Of a stretch of DNA of 64,000 nucleotides, positions 49,041 to 59,057 are shown one piece after another. Numbering within the stretch: the first letter of the stretch is position 1; the number at the start of each line of letters is the position of its first letter. The position numbers were made by a program, and so were the translations under genes. The notes beneath the pieces were generated by a model that ran no database searches, was not told the origin of the DNA, and saw only the letters and a program-made list of their open reading frames with translations. The DNA is from an uncultured delta proteobacterium (GTDB lineage Bacteria > Myxococcota_A > Polyangia > Polyangiales > Polyangiaceae), in assembly GCA_963782055.1 (NCBI GenBank), contig CAWAIF010000003.1:192001-256000 (forward strand). Direction: 5' to 3'.

Positions 49041-51431
49041 CTACTCTCGCGTCGTCAGGCGCAGGCCCGCGGGCACGATGAGGAGGGCGGCGACCAGGCC
49101 GGCGACCGAGCCGATGGCGCCGACCGCGCCGACGTCGAAGAGGCCCTCGAAGCGACAGACGAGCAGGGCGGCGAAGCCGGCGGAGGTGGTGAGCGCCGTC
49201 GCCACGACCAGCGGGCCCTGGTGGGTGAGGGCGGTGGCGATGGCGTCCTTCGCCTCGCCCTCCCGCGCGGCGTAGAGCAGGAACATGCCCTCGTCCATGG
49301 TGATGCCCAGCAGCACCGGGACCACCAGCGCATCGTAGGCGTGCCACGGGATGTGGAGCACGCGCATGCTGGCGGTGACGATGGCGATGGAGGCGCCCAT
49401 CGTCAGGATGGAGAGCACGACGTCGCGCGGACGCCGCAGCGAGGCGCCCAGGGCGATGACGACGAGCAGCAGCGCCACCCCGGCGATGCGCGGCAGGTCG
49501 TGGCGGAGGGTGTCCTTCAGCGCGACCTCCAGGAAGGTGTACCCCGTGACGATGGCGTGCGGGTCGGCGGCGCGGATGGCCGCGAGCGCGCGCGCGTCCT
49601 TCGCCGGGTCGCCGCTCGGCCGCACGTAGGTGACCGCGATGGTGTCGACCCCGTCCTGGCCCAGGTGGCGCGCGCGGAGCCACGCCGGCGGGTCGGTGGA
49701 CGGCGCGGGGGTGGGCTTGGCGAAGGCGTCCAGCGCGGCGGCGCACGCCTCGGGGTCCCAGCCGCTCTCGCGCAGCGCGGTCTGGAGGCGCTCGCGCAGG
49801 GCGGGGAGGTCTTCGCGATCGCGCGCGGCCATGCGCTCGGCGAGCAGACGCTTGCCCGGCGCGAAGGAGGCGAGGGCGTCGAAGCCCTCGATGGTGTGAT
49901 CGGCGGCGAGGGGGTCGAGGGCCTCCGCCACCGCATCGGCGCGGTCGCGCGCGGCCTCGCGGTCGTGATCGATGGAGAGGACCAGCCACTGACCCGGCTT
50001 GCCGCCGAAGATGTCGAAGATGGCGCGCTGGGTCTGGAGCGGCTGCAGGCCCTCCGGGCGCAGCGCCACGATCGCGTGCCCGCTCTGCGGGCCGCCGAGC
50101 ACCGCGAGCACGACGAGGGGCAACGCCAGCAGGGAGGCGAGACCCACCGCGCGGCCGCGGGTGCCGGTGGCCGAGATCAGGCCGCGGATCCACGCCGGGG
50201 CGCGGCCGGTGCCCGAGCCCGCGTGCGGCGGCGGCGCGCCGCGCTCGAGGAGCGCGCCGATGTCCGGGGTGATGAGGAGGATGGCGACCGACGTCAAGAA
50301 CTCACCGGCGCCGCAGAGGATGCCGAGCTCCTTCAGGGCGCGCAGGTCGGAGAGGGCGAGCGCGCCGAAGGTGAGGCCGGCGGCGATCGCCGCGAGGAGG
50401 GTGGGCTTCCAGGTGCGGGCGCGCGCGTACACGGCCGCTTCCTCCGGCGGCATTCCGGCGCGGCGACCGTCCAGGAGCGCAGCGTAGACGTGGACGCCGG
50501 TGTCGACGCCCACGCCGACGACGACGGCGGCGAAGGCGATGCTCATCGCCGAGAGGCCGTGCGGAAAGAAGGCGGCGAGGCCCGTCGTCCAGAGGGTGCC
50601 GAGGGCGAGCGGCGGGAGCACCGCGACGAGCGCGCGCATGCGGCGGAAGGTGACGAGGAAGGCGACCGACGCGAGGATCAGGCTGAGCGTGCCGGAGAGC
50701 GCCAGATCGCGGATGAGCAGGCGTCGCATCGCCACCGCGACGGCGTGGCCGCCGGTGAGCTCCAGCGTGGCGCCGGGGTGCGTCGCGACCACGGCGGCCT
50801 TCGCGGCGTCGAAGTCGGAGACGAAGGCGCGCGCGGCCTTCGGGTCGAAGGCGCGGCCCCTTGGCTGGAGCACCACCAGCTGCGCGCGCCCGCCGTCGCC
50901 GGAGAAGTCGCCCGACTCGTTGACGGTGAGTCCGGCGGCGAGCTCGGTCTTTCCTTCCCACGGGATGAGCGCGAGGCGCAGCGGATCGCGGGCGAGGATC
51001 GTCTCGGCGTCGCCGGAGGCGGGGCCCATCAAGAGCTCGCGCGACCCGGCCAGCCGTTGCTTCATGCCCTCGGGGGTGAGCGCATGCGCGAGCTTCGCGC
51101 GCGCGGTGGGGCCCGCGACCATCCACGCGAGCGTCGGGTCGAGGCTGGGCTTCGGCGCGCCGGCGAGCACGCCGGTGACGCTCGGCGCCTTCGCCATGCG
51201 CGTCTGGATGTCGTGCGCGGCGGCGGCGACCTCCGCCGGGTCCTTGCCGCGCACCAGCACCAGGCCCACGTCGCCCCCGCCGAAGGCGCGGGTGAACTGC
51301 CCGAGCGCCGCGGCCGCGCCGTGGCCCGGGAAGAGCGCGCTGAGGTCTCCGGAGATGTGCAGGTGCGCCGAGAGCCACATGCAGAGCAGCGTCGGGACCG
51401 CCAGCACGAGGAGGCGGGTCTTCGTGGTCAT
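49041..51431 (-). CDS. MMPL/RND-family membrane transporter
   Basis: Two TM clusters with GVGVD and GITMD motifs separated by large loops. Confidence 0.85.
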   Translation of the reverse strand: MTTKTRLLVLAVPTLLCMWLSAHLHISGDLSALFPGHGAAAALGQFTRAFGGGDVGLVLVRGKDPAEVAAAAHDIQTRMAKAPSVTGVLAGAPKPSLDPTLAWMVAGPTARAKLAHALTPEGMKQRLAGSRELLMGPASGDAETILARDPLRLALIPWEGKTELAAGLTVNESGDFSGDGGRAQLVVLQPRGRAFDPKAARAFVSDFDAAKAAVVATHPGATLELTGGHAVAVAMRRLLIRDLALSGTLSLILASVAFLVTFRRMRALVAVLPPLALGTLWTTGLAAFFPHGLSAMSIAFAAVVVGVGVDTGVHVYAALLDGRRAGMPPEEAAVYARARTWKPTLLAAIAAGLTFGALALSDLRALKELGILCGAGEFLTSVAILLITPDIGALLERGAPPPHAGSGTGRAPAWIRGLISATGTRGRAVGLASLLALPLVVLAVLGGPQSGHAIVALRPEGLQPLQTQRAIFDIFGGKPGQWLVLSIDHDREAARDRADAVAEALDPLAADHTIEGFDALASFAPGKRLLAERMAARDREDLPALRERLQTALRESGWDPEACAAALDAFAKPTPAPSTDPPAWLRARHLGQDGVDTIAVTYVRPSGDPAKDARALAAIRAADPHAIVTGYTFLEVALKDTLRHDLPRIAGVALLLVVIALGASLRRPRDVVLSILTMGASIAIVTASMRVLHIPWHAYDALVVPVLLGITMDEGMFLLYAAREGEAKDAIATALTHQGPLVVATALTTSAGFAALLVCRFEGLFDVGAVGAIGSVAGLVAALLIVPAGLRLTTRE

Positions 51432-52735
51432 GGCGTGGGCTGCGCGTCCTTGCTGTTCATGCGCACGCGCACCTTGGTGATGCGGCGGCGACTGATGGAG
51501 GTCACCTCGGCGGTGACGCCCGGGCCGAGCTCCACCTTGTCGCCGGCCCGCGGCAGCCGCGCGAGGTGCTGCAGCACCACCGCGCCGACCGGCTCCGGCT
51601 GATCGTCCAGCTCCACGCCCAGCGCGTCGCCGAGCTCCTCCATCGAGGCGCGCGCGTCGACGTCCCACGCGGCGTCGCCGGCCTTCTGGATCCTGGGCGG
51701 CTCGACGTCCAGCTCGTCGCGGATCTCCCCGACAATCTCCTCGAGCAGGTCCTCCATGGTGACGATGCCGCTGGTGCCGCCGTACTCGTCGACCACGACG
51801 GCGATGGGCGTGTGGGTGCGCTGCATGTCGCGCAGCACGTCCATCAGGCTGCGGCTCTCCGGCACGATGAGGGCGTCGCGCACGTACTTGGAGAGGTCGG
51901 GCGCCTGCGCGGCGGTCGGGTCGAGGAGGTCCTTGACGTAGAGGTAGCCGGCCACGTCGTCGAGCGAGCGCTCGCGTGTCACCAGAACGCGCGAGTAGCC
52001 GTCGCCGCGGATTTAATCCATCGCCTCCGCGCCGCTGGTGTGCAGCGGGACGAAGGCGACGTCGACGCGCGGGACCATCGCGATCCGGGCGGTGCGCTCG
52101 GCGAAGCGGAGCACGCGCTCCACCAGCTCGCTCATCTGCTTGCCCTTCGGTCCGGCGCCGGTGCTGCGCGCCAGGATGCTGATGATCTCGTCCTCCGAGA
52201 GGGTGCCCTCGCTCGTCATGCCGGGCTTGAGGCCCATCATGCGCAGGATGAGGCCCGAGCCGCGCTCGAGGACCCAGAGCGCGGGGCGGAAGATGAGGTA
52301 GGTGACCCGCAGGGGGATCGCGGTGACGAGCGCGGTCTGCTCGGTGCGCTGGATGGCGACGAGCTTGGGCACCAGCTCGCCGAGCAGGATGTGCATGAAG
52401 GTCAGCAGGCCGAAGGCGACGGCGACGGTGACGATCTCCGCGGCGCGGTGCGCGGACTCCGGCAGGTGCCGGACGATGGGGCCGTGCAGGAGCTTGGAGA
52501 GAGCGGGCTCGCCGACCCAGCCGAGCCCCAGGCTCGCGAGGGTGATGCCGAGCTGGGTGGCGGAGAGGTAGCGGTCGAGGCGCTGGATGACCTGCGACGC
52601 GATGATCGCGCTGCGCTCGCCCTTGCGCACGCGCGCCTGGAGCTGCGTGCCGCGGACCTTGACGAGCGCGAACTCGGCGGCGACGAAGAAGCCGTTCTGG
52701 GCGATGAAGAGCGCCGCGAGGAGGAGGCCGAGCAC
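51428..52735 (-). CDS. Hemolysin/CNNM (DUF21-CBS-CorC) protein with in-frame TAA at 52013-52015
   Basis: NGFFVAAEFA, GELVPK, MVPR, YSR, VVDEYGGTSG, EIVGEI; the frame is continuous across the stop. Confidence 0.82.
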
Positions 52736-52736
52736 T

Positions 52737-53525
52737 CTACAGTCCGCAGCCCGCCGGGATGATGAACACCGCGCCCAGGATGATCCCGGCGATGGCCATT
52801 CCCTTGCCCCCCTGCCCCGGACGGATCTGCGTCACGGCGGCGATGCCCAGCGCGATGGCGATGATGCAGAGGATGAAGCCGACCCAGAGCGGCGTGAGGC
52901 CGAGGAGGCCGCAGACGAGCGACGCGATCGCCATGCCGCTGGTGCCCGTCTGCTGCATCTGCGCGCCGTACGCCACCTGGTACGCGCCGTAGCCCGCGGT
53001 GAGGGGCGGAGGCGGCTGGGCGGCGGGGACCATCGCCTGCTGCTGCGGGACGCCGCCGTAGGGCGCGGCGCCGTAGCTGACGGGCTGCGGCGGCGGAGCG
53101 TAGGCGGGCATCGGCTGGGGCGTGCCTGCATATCCGGACGGCCTCGTCCCCGACGGCTGGGCCGGCGCGGGCGAGGAGGGGAGCGTCGCCGCGACAGAGG
53201 GCGTGGGCGCGCCGGGCGTGACGACGTAGTGCGGCTGCGGCGCGATGACGTGCTGGCGGCCGGTCTCCGGGTTGGCGGAGCGCATCGTCGGCGGGGGGAC
53301 GACGGGCACGCCGACGGTGGGGGCGGTGGCCATCGCCGGGATGGGGGCGGTGGCGTTGCGGGAGGTCATGGACGCGGCCTGCGCCGGCTGGGCCATGCCG
53401 GAGGGGATGAAGCTGGTGGCGGCGTAGGCGTCGACCTTGGGCGGACCGGAGGGGGCGGGCGCGCCGCACGAGACGCAGCTCGACATGCCCTCCAGGATGG
53501 ACTTGCCGCAGACCGAGCACTGCAC
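52737..53525 (-). CDS. Zn-ribbon + Pro-rich + DUF4190 membrane protein
   Basis: CxxC..CxxC N-terminus; TSGMAIASLVCG...GKGMAIAGIILG. Confidence 0.8.
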   Translation of the reverse strand: MQCSVCGKSILEGMSSCVSCGAPAPSGPPKVDAYAATSFIPSGMAQPAQAASMTSRNATAPIPAMATAPTVGVPVVPPPTMRSANPETGRQHVIAPQPHYVVTPGAPTPSVAATLPSSPAPAQPSGTRPSGYAGTPQPMPAYAPPPQPVSYGAAPYGGVPQQQAMVPAAQPPPPLTAGYGAYQVAYGAQMQQTGTSGMAIASLVCGLLGLTPLWVGFILCIIAIALGIAAVTQIRPGQGGKGMAIAGIILGAVFIIPAGCGL

Positions 53526-53807
53526 GGGGAGTAACGTACCACGGGTGCGGGGCCAGGCCCGCCTCAGAGCTGCAGGATGTCCCGCAGCGTCTCGGAGAGC
53601 GCGACGGGATCGACGGCGGTCGGCTCGACTGTGGCGCCGTCCTTCGCGAAGGTGACCTGGCGCACCGTCAGCGTCTCCTTGTCCTCGATGTAGCCCATCC
53701 CCACCGCGCCGTCGTACTCCACGTGCGCCTCCAGATCCTCGCCGGGCCGCCTCGCACGGGCGAGCGCCACGCTTGCGGCGAGTGACGACGCCGAGTAGAG
53801 CGCGAGC

Positions 53808-54185
53808 ATGAGCCTGGACGCCTTCGGAATCGTCTCCGCCGACACCGCCAGGTCGGTCGCCTTCTACGCGCTGCTGGGCATCGACTTGAAGCGGATGGGA
53901 GACCACGAGCACTTCGAGGGCGCCACGCCGAGCGGTGTCCGGATGATGCTCGACTCCGTCGCGCTCATTCGCGGCTTCGACCCCGACTGGCAGAAGCCGA
54001 GCGGGAGCGGCGTCGTGCTCTGCTTCAAGCAGGCGTCGGCGGCGGAGGTGGACGCGCTCTACGGCAAGATCACCGGCGCCGGCTTCGCCGGCAAGAAGCC
54101 GCCGTGGGATGCGGTCTGGGGGCAGCGATACGCGTGCGTGCTGGACCCGGACGGCAACCAGGTCGACCTGTTCGCCAGCCTGTGA
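53808..54185 (+). CDS. VOC/glyoxalase-family protein
   Basis: SVAFY..LG, PWDAVWGQRYA..LDPDGNQVDL. Confidence 0.9.
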   Translation: MSLDAFGIVSADTARSVAFYALLGIDLKRMGDHEHFEGATPSGVRMMLDSVALIRGFDPDWQKPSGSGVVLCFKQASAAEVDALYGKITGAGFAGKKPPWDAVWGQRYACVLDPDGNQVDLFASL

Positions 54186-54216
54186 CGCGCGGACGCCCGG
54201 CGCAGCGGACTCACCG

Positions 54217-54469
54217 GTGAAGCCCATCGAGCGTCTGGTTCGAAGCGGAGACTGGAACGCGGCGGTGCGCGCCGCCTTCTTCGCGCACCTGCGGAAGCCG
54301 ATGAAGGACGACGCGCGCCTCGGCTAGTGCGAGCGCAAGGCGTGGTTCCTGGTAGAGCCGGCGGCCGGAAGGTCGCGGCGGGTCTCGCGCTCGTCGACTG
54401 ATGGGTCGTTCAGGCGAGGCGCGCGCGGCGTACCGCGCGGCGAAGCGACTGAACCCGGACTTTGCCTGA
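54217..54469 (+). pseudogene. Degenerate TPR-like gene remnant
   Basis: DWN..V.AAFF N-terminus interrupted by TAG and frame changes; ends GR..EARAAYRAAKRLNPDFA. Confidence 0.35.
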
Positions 54470-54597
54470 CCCGGCGAGCGCGGCGGGGCCGCGGGGTGCA
54501 TTCTTCCAGTGGGGACGGCTCCCGGGCGGAGGCGGATGGGAGACGTCGATCCCTTCACGGCCTGCGAGTATGCTGCGCGCCTCGCTGAGGAGTGCCC

Positions 54598-55869
54598 ATG
54601 CGTCTTTCGTACGTGGTCTTCGGTCTTTGTCTGGTGGGGAACGTGGCTTGCGGGAGCGAGGCGGCCGGGCCGTCCGACGCGGGCGATGACGCCGCCGCCG
54701 ACGCGGGCGCGGACGTGGTGGAGGACGCCGGCGACTTCGGCGCGCCGAGCGACACCTACCCCGCCTTCAAGCCGCCGGTGCCGCAGGTGGTGAACTCCGG
54801 CGGGCAGGTGATGCCGTCGGTCAACGTGGTGCCCGTCTTCTTCCCGAACGACACGCTGGAAGCCAAGTCGCTGGAGTTCTTGGGCAAGTACGCCGGCAGC
54901 GGCGAGTGGACGGCGATGGTGTCGGAGTACGGGGTCGGGGCCTCCACGCTGGGAACGACCGTCGACATCGGGACGGACCCGGCCGCCAGCATGAGCGACA
55001 CCGACATCCAGACGTGGCTCGCGGCGCACCTGGACGGCTCCGACGCGGCGTGGGGCGCCGTCGACGCGGACACGCTCAAGAAGACGCTCTACGTCCTGTA
55101 CTACCCCGCGGCGACCAGCATCTCCATGGGCGGCTCGACGAGCTGCAACGGCTTCGGCGGCTATCATTCGGAGGCCGTCGTCGCCAACGGCAAGGCCTCG
55201 TACGCGGTCATCCCGCGCTGCAAGGGCGGGCTCGCCGCGCTCACCGTCACCACCTCTCACGAGATGGTGGAGGCGGCGACCGACCCGCTGCCCGGCTCAG
55301 AGGCGGCGTACTCCAGCGTGGCGGAGGCCGACCTCGCGTGGGCGTACTTCTATTACGGCGGGGAGATCGGCGACATGTGCCAGACCTTCCAGAGCAGCCT
55401 GTACCAGCCGACGGACCTCGGCTTCAACATCCAGCGCTCGTGGTCGGACAAGTCCGCCGGCGGCTATCACGACCCGTGTGTGCCCATCCCGCCCACGGCG
55501 GGCCCGTACTTCAACACCGCGCCGGTGCAGGACGACACCGTCACCGTCGGTGCCTTCGGTCAGACGTTCAACCTGCGCGGCACCAGCATCAAGCTGGGAG
55601 AGACCAAGACGGTGGAGCTCGACCTCTTCAGCGACGCCAAGACGAGCGGGCCGTGGACCGTCAGCGTCTACGACCTGCAGCAGCTCCGCGGGCAGGCCAA
55701 GTCGCTCGACCTCTCCCTGGACAGGACGACGGGGCAGAACGGCGAGAAGGTCCACCTGACGATCACGGTGGTGGCGACGACGCTCTTCAGCGCCGCCGCC
55801 TACCAGATCAACTCCAAGCTGGGCACCAAGGAGACGCAGTGGATTGGGGTGGTCGGCATCCCCCAGTAA
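54598..55869 (+). CDS. Lipoprotein with HE..E...TDP / GEIGD.C motifs (Phi-1/EXORDIUM-like)
   Basis: VAC lipobox, C..GGYH, SHEMVEAATDP, GEIGDMC; GAGGAG RBS. Confidence 0.72.
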   Translation: MRLSYVVFGLCLVGNVACGSEAAGPSDAGDDAAADAGADVVEDAGDFGAPSDTYPAFKPPVPQVVNSGGQVMPSVNVVPVFFPNDTLEAKSLEFLGKYAGSGEWTAMVSEYGVGASTLGTTVDIGTDPAASMSDTDIQTWLAAHLDGSDAAWGAVDADTLKKTLYVLYYPAATSISMGGSTSCNGFGGYHSEAVVANGKASYAVIPRCKGGLAALTVTTSHEMVEAATDPLPGSEAAYSSVAEADLAWAYFYYGGEIGDMCQTFQSSLYQPTDLGFNIQRSWSDKSAGGYHDPCVPIPPTAGPYFNTAPVQDDTVTVGAFGQTFNLRGTSIKLGETKTVELDLFSDAKTSGPWTVSVYDLQQLRGQAKSLDLSLDRTTGQNGEKVHLTITVVATTLFSAAAYQINSKLGTKETQWIGVVGIPQ

Positions 55870-55876
55870 GGGGGCG

Positions 55877-56524
55877 TCAACCGAAGTAGCGCGCCGCCGC
55901 GGCCTTGCTGGCCTCGAGCACGCTGGCGTGCAGCGATCCGCCGTGGGAGTCGATGGTGACGACGCCGCGGAAGTCCTCCACGCGCAGCACCCAGAAGGCC
56001 TCCGGCGCGCCCAGCTCGTCGAACAGGTGGACGGTCACCACCTCCTTGATCGCCTCGGCCAGGGCGACGGCCGCGCCGCCCACGGCGTGCATGTAGACTG
56101 CACCGAAGTTCTGGCACGCGGCGGCGGTCTTGGGGCCCATGCCGCCCTTGCCGATGACGCCGCGCAGGCCGAAGTGCTCGATGACCTCTGCCTGGTACGG
56201 CTCCTCGCGGATGGAGGTGGTGGGCCCGGCGGCGACGACCTTCCACTTCGCGTCGGCGGCCTTGCCGCTCGGCGCCTCCGACAGCTTCTTCATCACCGGA
56301 CCGCAGTGGTAGATGAAGGAGTCGCGCATGAGCGGCATGAGCCAGTCGAGCGCCTTCATCTTCGAGTCGTCGCCGGCCTTCGCGGCGTCGATGGCCTCGT
56401 GCATCAGCTTGTGGGCGCCGTCGCGGCCGGTGACCAGGGTGCCGTAAAGAGCGATCTCGTCGCCCACCTTGAGGGCGCGGATGGTCTCTTCGCTCGTGGG
56501 CAGATCGATGCGGGTGAGTCCCAT
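55877..56524 (-). CDS. Fe-S hydro-lyase (fumarate hydratase/tartrate dehydratase) beta subunit
   Basis: GRDGAH, AGPTTS.R, IGKGG, DSHG. Confidence 0.9.
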   Translation of the reverse strand: MGLTRIDLPTSEETIRALKVGDEIALYGTLVTGRDGAHKLMHEAIDAAKAGDDSKMKALDWLMPLMRDSFIYHCGPVMKKLSEAPSGKAADAKWKVVAAGPTTSIREEPYQAEVIEHFGLRGVIGKGGMGPKTAAACQNFGAVYMHAVGGAAVALAEAIKEVVTVHLFDELGAPEAFWVLRVEDFRGVVTIDSHGGSLHASVLEASKAAAARYFG

Positions 56525-56526
56525 GA

Positions 56527-57468
56527 TCAGGCCGCCTTCTCGCTGACGCGCTTGGGGAGCTTGTATCTGGACGCGGTGTGGGCGAGCTCGGTGAAGCGGG
56601 TGGTCTTCGCGCCGGGGTCGATCTCCGCGCTCCAGCGGCGGCACGACCAGCACTCGTAGGCGAGGCTGACGAAGAAGCTCGCCGGCAAGCGGTGCTGGGC
56701 GGTGACCTTCACGCCGAGCAGGGTGGTCTTGCCGCCGAAGCCCATCGGCCCGATCTGCAGGCCGTTGCACGCCTCCATCAGCTCGCGCTCCAGCGCGGCC
56801 AGACGCTCGTCGGGGTTCTCGTCGTCCAGCAGGCGGAAGATCTGCTGCTTGGCGGCCAGCGCGCCGCCCGCGCGGTCGCTGCCGATGCACACGCCGCAGA
56901 TGCCCGGGGCGCAGCCCTTGCCCTGCGCGTCGAGCACCATCTTGATGACCGCGCGCTTGACGCCCTCCAGATCGCGGCCGGCGTGGATCTCGGTGTTGGG
57001 CAGGGCCATCTGGCCGGAGACGTTCTCGCAGCCGCCGCCCTTGAGGAGGAGGTCCGCCTTGACGAAGGGCTGGTCCCACTGGTGGAAGTGGATCTGCGGG
57101 ACGCCGCCCCCGACGTTGGTGCCGTCGTTCTTGCCGGTGATGGAGTCCACCGCGTTGGGGCGGAGGTAGCTCTTCTTCGTCGCCTCGATCGTCGCGGCCT
57201 CGATGGCGGCGCGCAGCGCGTGCTCGTGCGGGCCAGCGGGGTAGTGGACGAACCACAGGTTCATCCCGGTGTCCTGGCACATGGGCGCGCTGGCGGCGCG
57301 CGCCTTGCCGATGTTGATGAGGAGCATGTCCAGCGCGTTGCGCGCGGCGGACATGGGGCGCTCACCGTCGCGCGCGCGGGCGATGGCGGTCTCCACGTCG
57401 CTCGGGAGGTCCGTCGCGGCGCGACGGATCAGCTCGACGAACTGGGGCTGGGCGTAGTCGAGATCCAT
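56527..57468 (-). CDS. Fe-S hydro-lyase (class I fumarate hydratase) alpha subunit
   Basis: CQDTG, KGGGCEN, GCAP, GPMGFGG, HRLPAS, CW. Confidence 0.9.
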   Translation of the reverse strand: MDLDYAQPQFVELIRRAATDLPSDVETAIARARDGERPMSAARNALDMLLINIGKARAASAPMCQDTGMNLWFVHYPAGPHEHALRAAIEAATIEATKKSYLRPNAVDSITGKNDGTNVGGGVPQIHFHQWDQPFVKADLLLKGGGCENVSGQMALPNTEIHAGRDLEGVKRAVIKMVLDAQGKGCAPGICGVCIGSDRAGGALAAKQQIFRLLDDENPDERLAALERELMEACNGLQIGPMGFGGKTTLLGVKVTAQHRLPASFFVSLAYECWSCRRWSAEIDPGAKTTRFTELAHTASRYKLPKRVSEKAA

Positions 57469-57626
57469 GGGGAGGTACGTAGCGCAACGCGCCGGGCGCG
57501 TGAAGGACGGGCATCGTGGCTACTCGCCGTGTCGTGGTCGCCTGTAGTCCGGCACACCGTGGCATACCCAGATCCGCGAGAGCCGGGGCCTCCGGCGCTG
57601 GTCTCCAAGTTGCAAAGGGGGGGAGC

Positions 57627-58001
57627 ATGAACCTCCTTCGGTCCGGCTTCCTTCTCCTGGTTCTGGTCACTGCATGCAGCGGGGACGCCCCGTCCTCCGA
57701 CCTGGCCGACGCGGCGCCGGACGCGCTGGCGGACGCGCCCTCCGGCGACGGCGGCTCTTGCTGCACGCCGTCGGCGCACCCGGGATGCTGCATGGCGTAC
57801 GGAGGGTACACGACCTCCCCCTCCACGTGCGCCGCCCAGATCTGCGACGGCATGCCGCTGCCGGACGACCCGGAGTGGAAGCTGGTGAAGGACGCTCACG
57901 GGTGCGACGTCTGGACCAACCCCAAGGGCACCCTCGTCCAGGGCGGGTGCGGTTCGGCGCCGCCGCCGGACGCCGGTGCGCTCGACGCAACAGCCGAGTA
58001 G
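57627..58001 (+). CDS. Small Cys-rich lipoprotein
   Basis: GGGGAG RBS, TAC lipobox, CC..CC, GCDVW. Confidence 0.7.
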   Translation: MNLLRSGFLLLVLVTACSGDAPSSDLADAAPDALADAPSGDGGSCCTPSAHPGCCMAYGGYTTSPSTCAAQICDGMPLPDDPEWKLVKDAHGCDVWTNPKGTLVQGGCGSAPPPDAGALDATAE

Positions 58002-58017
58002 ACGCGGCGGTCCTTCC

Positions 58018-58362
58018 TCACCGGTACGGCGGCTGCGGGGCCTGCTGCATCGCCGCGACGAGGACGCCGACGAACTTCTGGACGTTCTTCTGGTTCTTGC
58101 CCCAGTCGATGCACTGCGTGGGGAGGCCGCACTCGCTGCGGACGCGGATGACGTTGGCGGCGAGCGGGGTGATCATCATCACCTCGCCCCACGAGAAGAG
58201 GGAGACCTGCGGCGCGAGGTGCCACGCGCCTCCCTGCGCGCCCGCGCCCCACCGGGCGGTGCCGAGGCCGGCGGTGTGGCACGCGTAGACGATCCAGTCG
58301 TGGGTGACCGGCATCGGGAGGGTGACGTCCTCCTCGTGGTACGCGGGGAAGCCGAAGGTCAT
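58018..58362 (-). CDS. Hypothetical protein
   Basis: High GC3; SWGE and DWGKN..N motifs. Confidence 0.65.
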   Translation of the reverse strand: MTFGFPAYHEEDVTLPMPVTHDWIVYACHTAGLGTARWGAGAQGGAWHLAPQVSLFSWGEVMMITPLAANVIRVRSECGLPTQCIDWGKNQKNVQKFVGVLVAAMQQAPQPPYR

Positions 58363-58419
58363 GACTACGGGGCTGCGTGTAGTTCCCGGACCTCATGGCG
58401 TCAACGCCGCGAGCTCGTC

Positions 58420-58565
58420 TCACCTGCTGGTGTGCGCACGCTCGCCTTCGCGCGGCCAGGAGGCCACCAGCGCGAGCCCACCGTCGCCGTGAAGCTGCGC
58501 TGCATCTCCGGGCTGGACGCGGCCGCGCTGCCGGTCGAGTCCTTCGACTGCGCGGCGCCGTGGCG
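58420..58565 (+). pseudogene. Remnant of a GFA/CENP-V-family gene (C-terminal part)
   Basis: TC/GVRTLAF...VAVKLRCISGLDAAALPVESFD resembles the GFA C-terminus; no start codon, one frame break. Confidence 0.4.
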
Positions 58566-58613
58566 CCTCACTAGGACCTTGGCAGCCGCCGCGGAACCGG
58601 GCACCGTGCGCGG

Positions 58614-59039
58614 ATGCTCGGAGACCTCAAGAACTTCATCCTTCGTGGCAACGTGGTCGACCTCGCCGTCGGCGTGGTCATCGGCGGCGCCTTCGGCGCC
58701 ATCTCCAAATCGCTCGTCGACGACGTGCTGATGCCTCCGCTCGGCCTGCTGCTCGGCAAGGTCGACATGTCCAACCTCTTCGTCACCCTGAAGGATGGCG
58801 TGGCGCCGGGGCCGTACCCGACCCTCGCGGCGGCGAAGACCGCCGGAGCGGTGACGATCCGCTACGGGCTCTTTCTCAACACCATCGTCGTGTTCCTCCT
58901 CACCGGCATCGCGATGTACCTGGTGATGAAGGTGGTCAGCGCCGCCTACCGCAAGAAGGAGGCCGCCGCGGCCGGGCCGGACAAGCAGGACAAGATGATC
59001 GAGCTGCTCGCCGAGATCCGCGACGGCCTCAAGAGGTGA
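58614..59039 (+). CDS. mscL: Large-conductance mechanosensitive channel
   Basis: FILRGNVVDLAVGVVIGGAF, YGLF, LLAEIRD. Confidence 0.95.
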   Translation: MLGDLKNFILRGNVVDLAVGVVIGGAFGAISKSLVDDVLMPPLGLLLGKVDMSNLFVTLKDGVAPGPYPTLAAAKTAGAVTIRYGLFLNTIVVFLLTGIAMYLVMKVVSAAYRKKEAAAAGPDKQDKMIELLAEIRDGLKR

Positions 59040-59057
59040 GCGCGCCGCCGCCGCGAC

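Noticed and set aside
52013..52015. Programmed readthrough or recoding of the internal stop
   Set aside because: It is TAA (not Sec or Pyl) with no recoding structure; error or mutation at GATC is simpler
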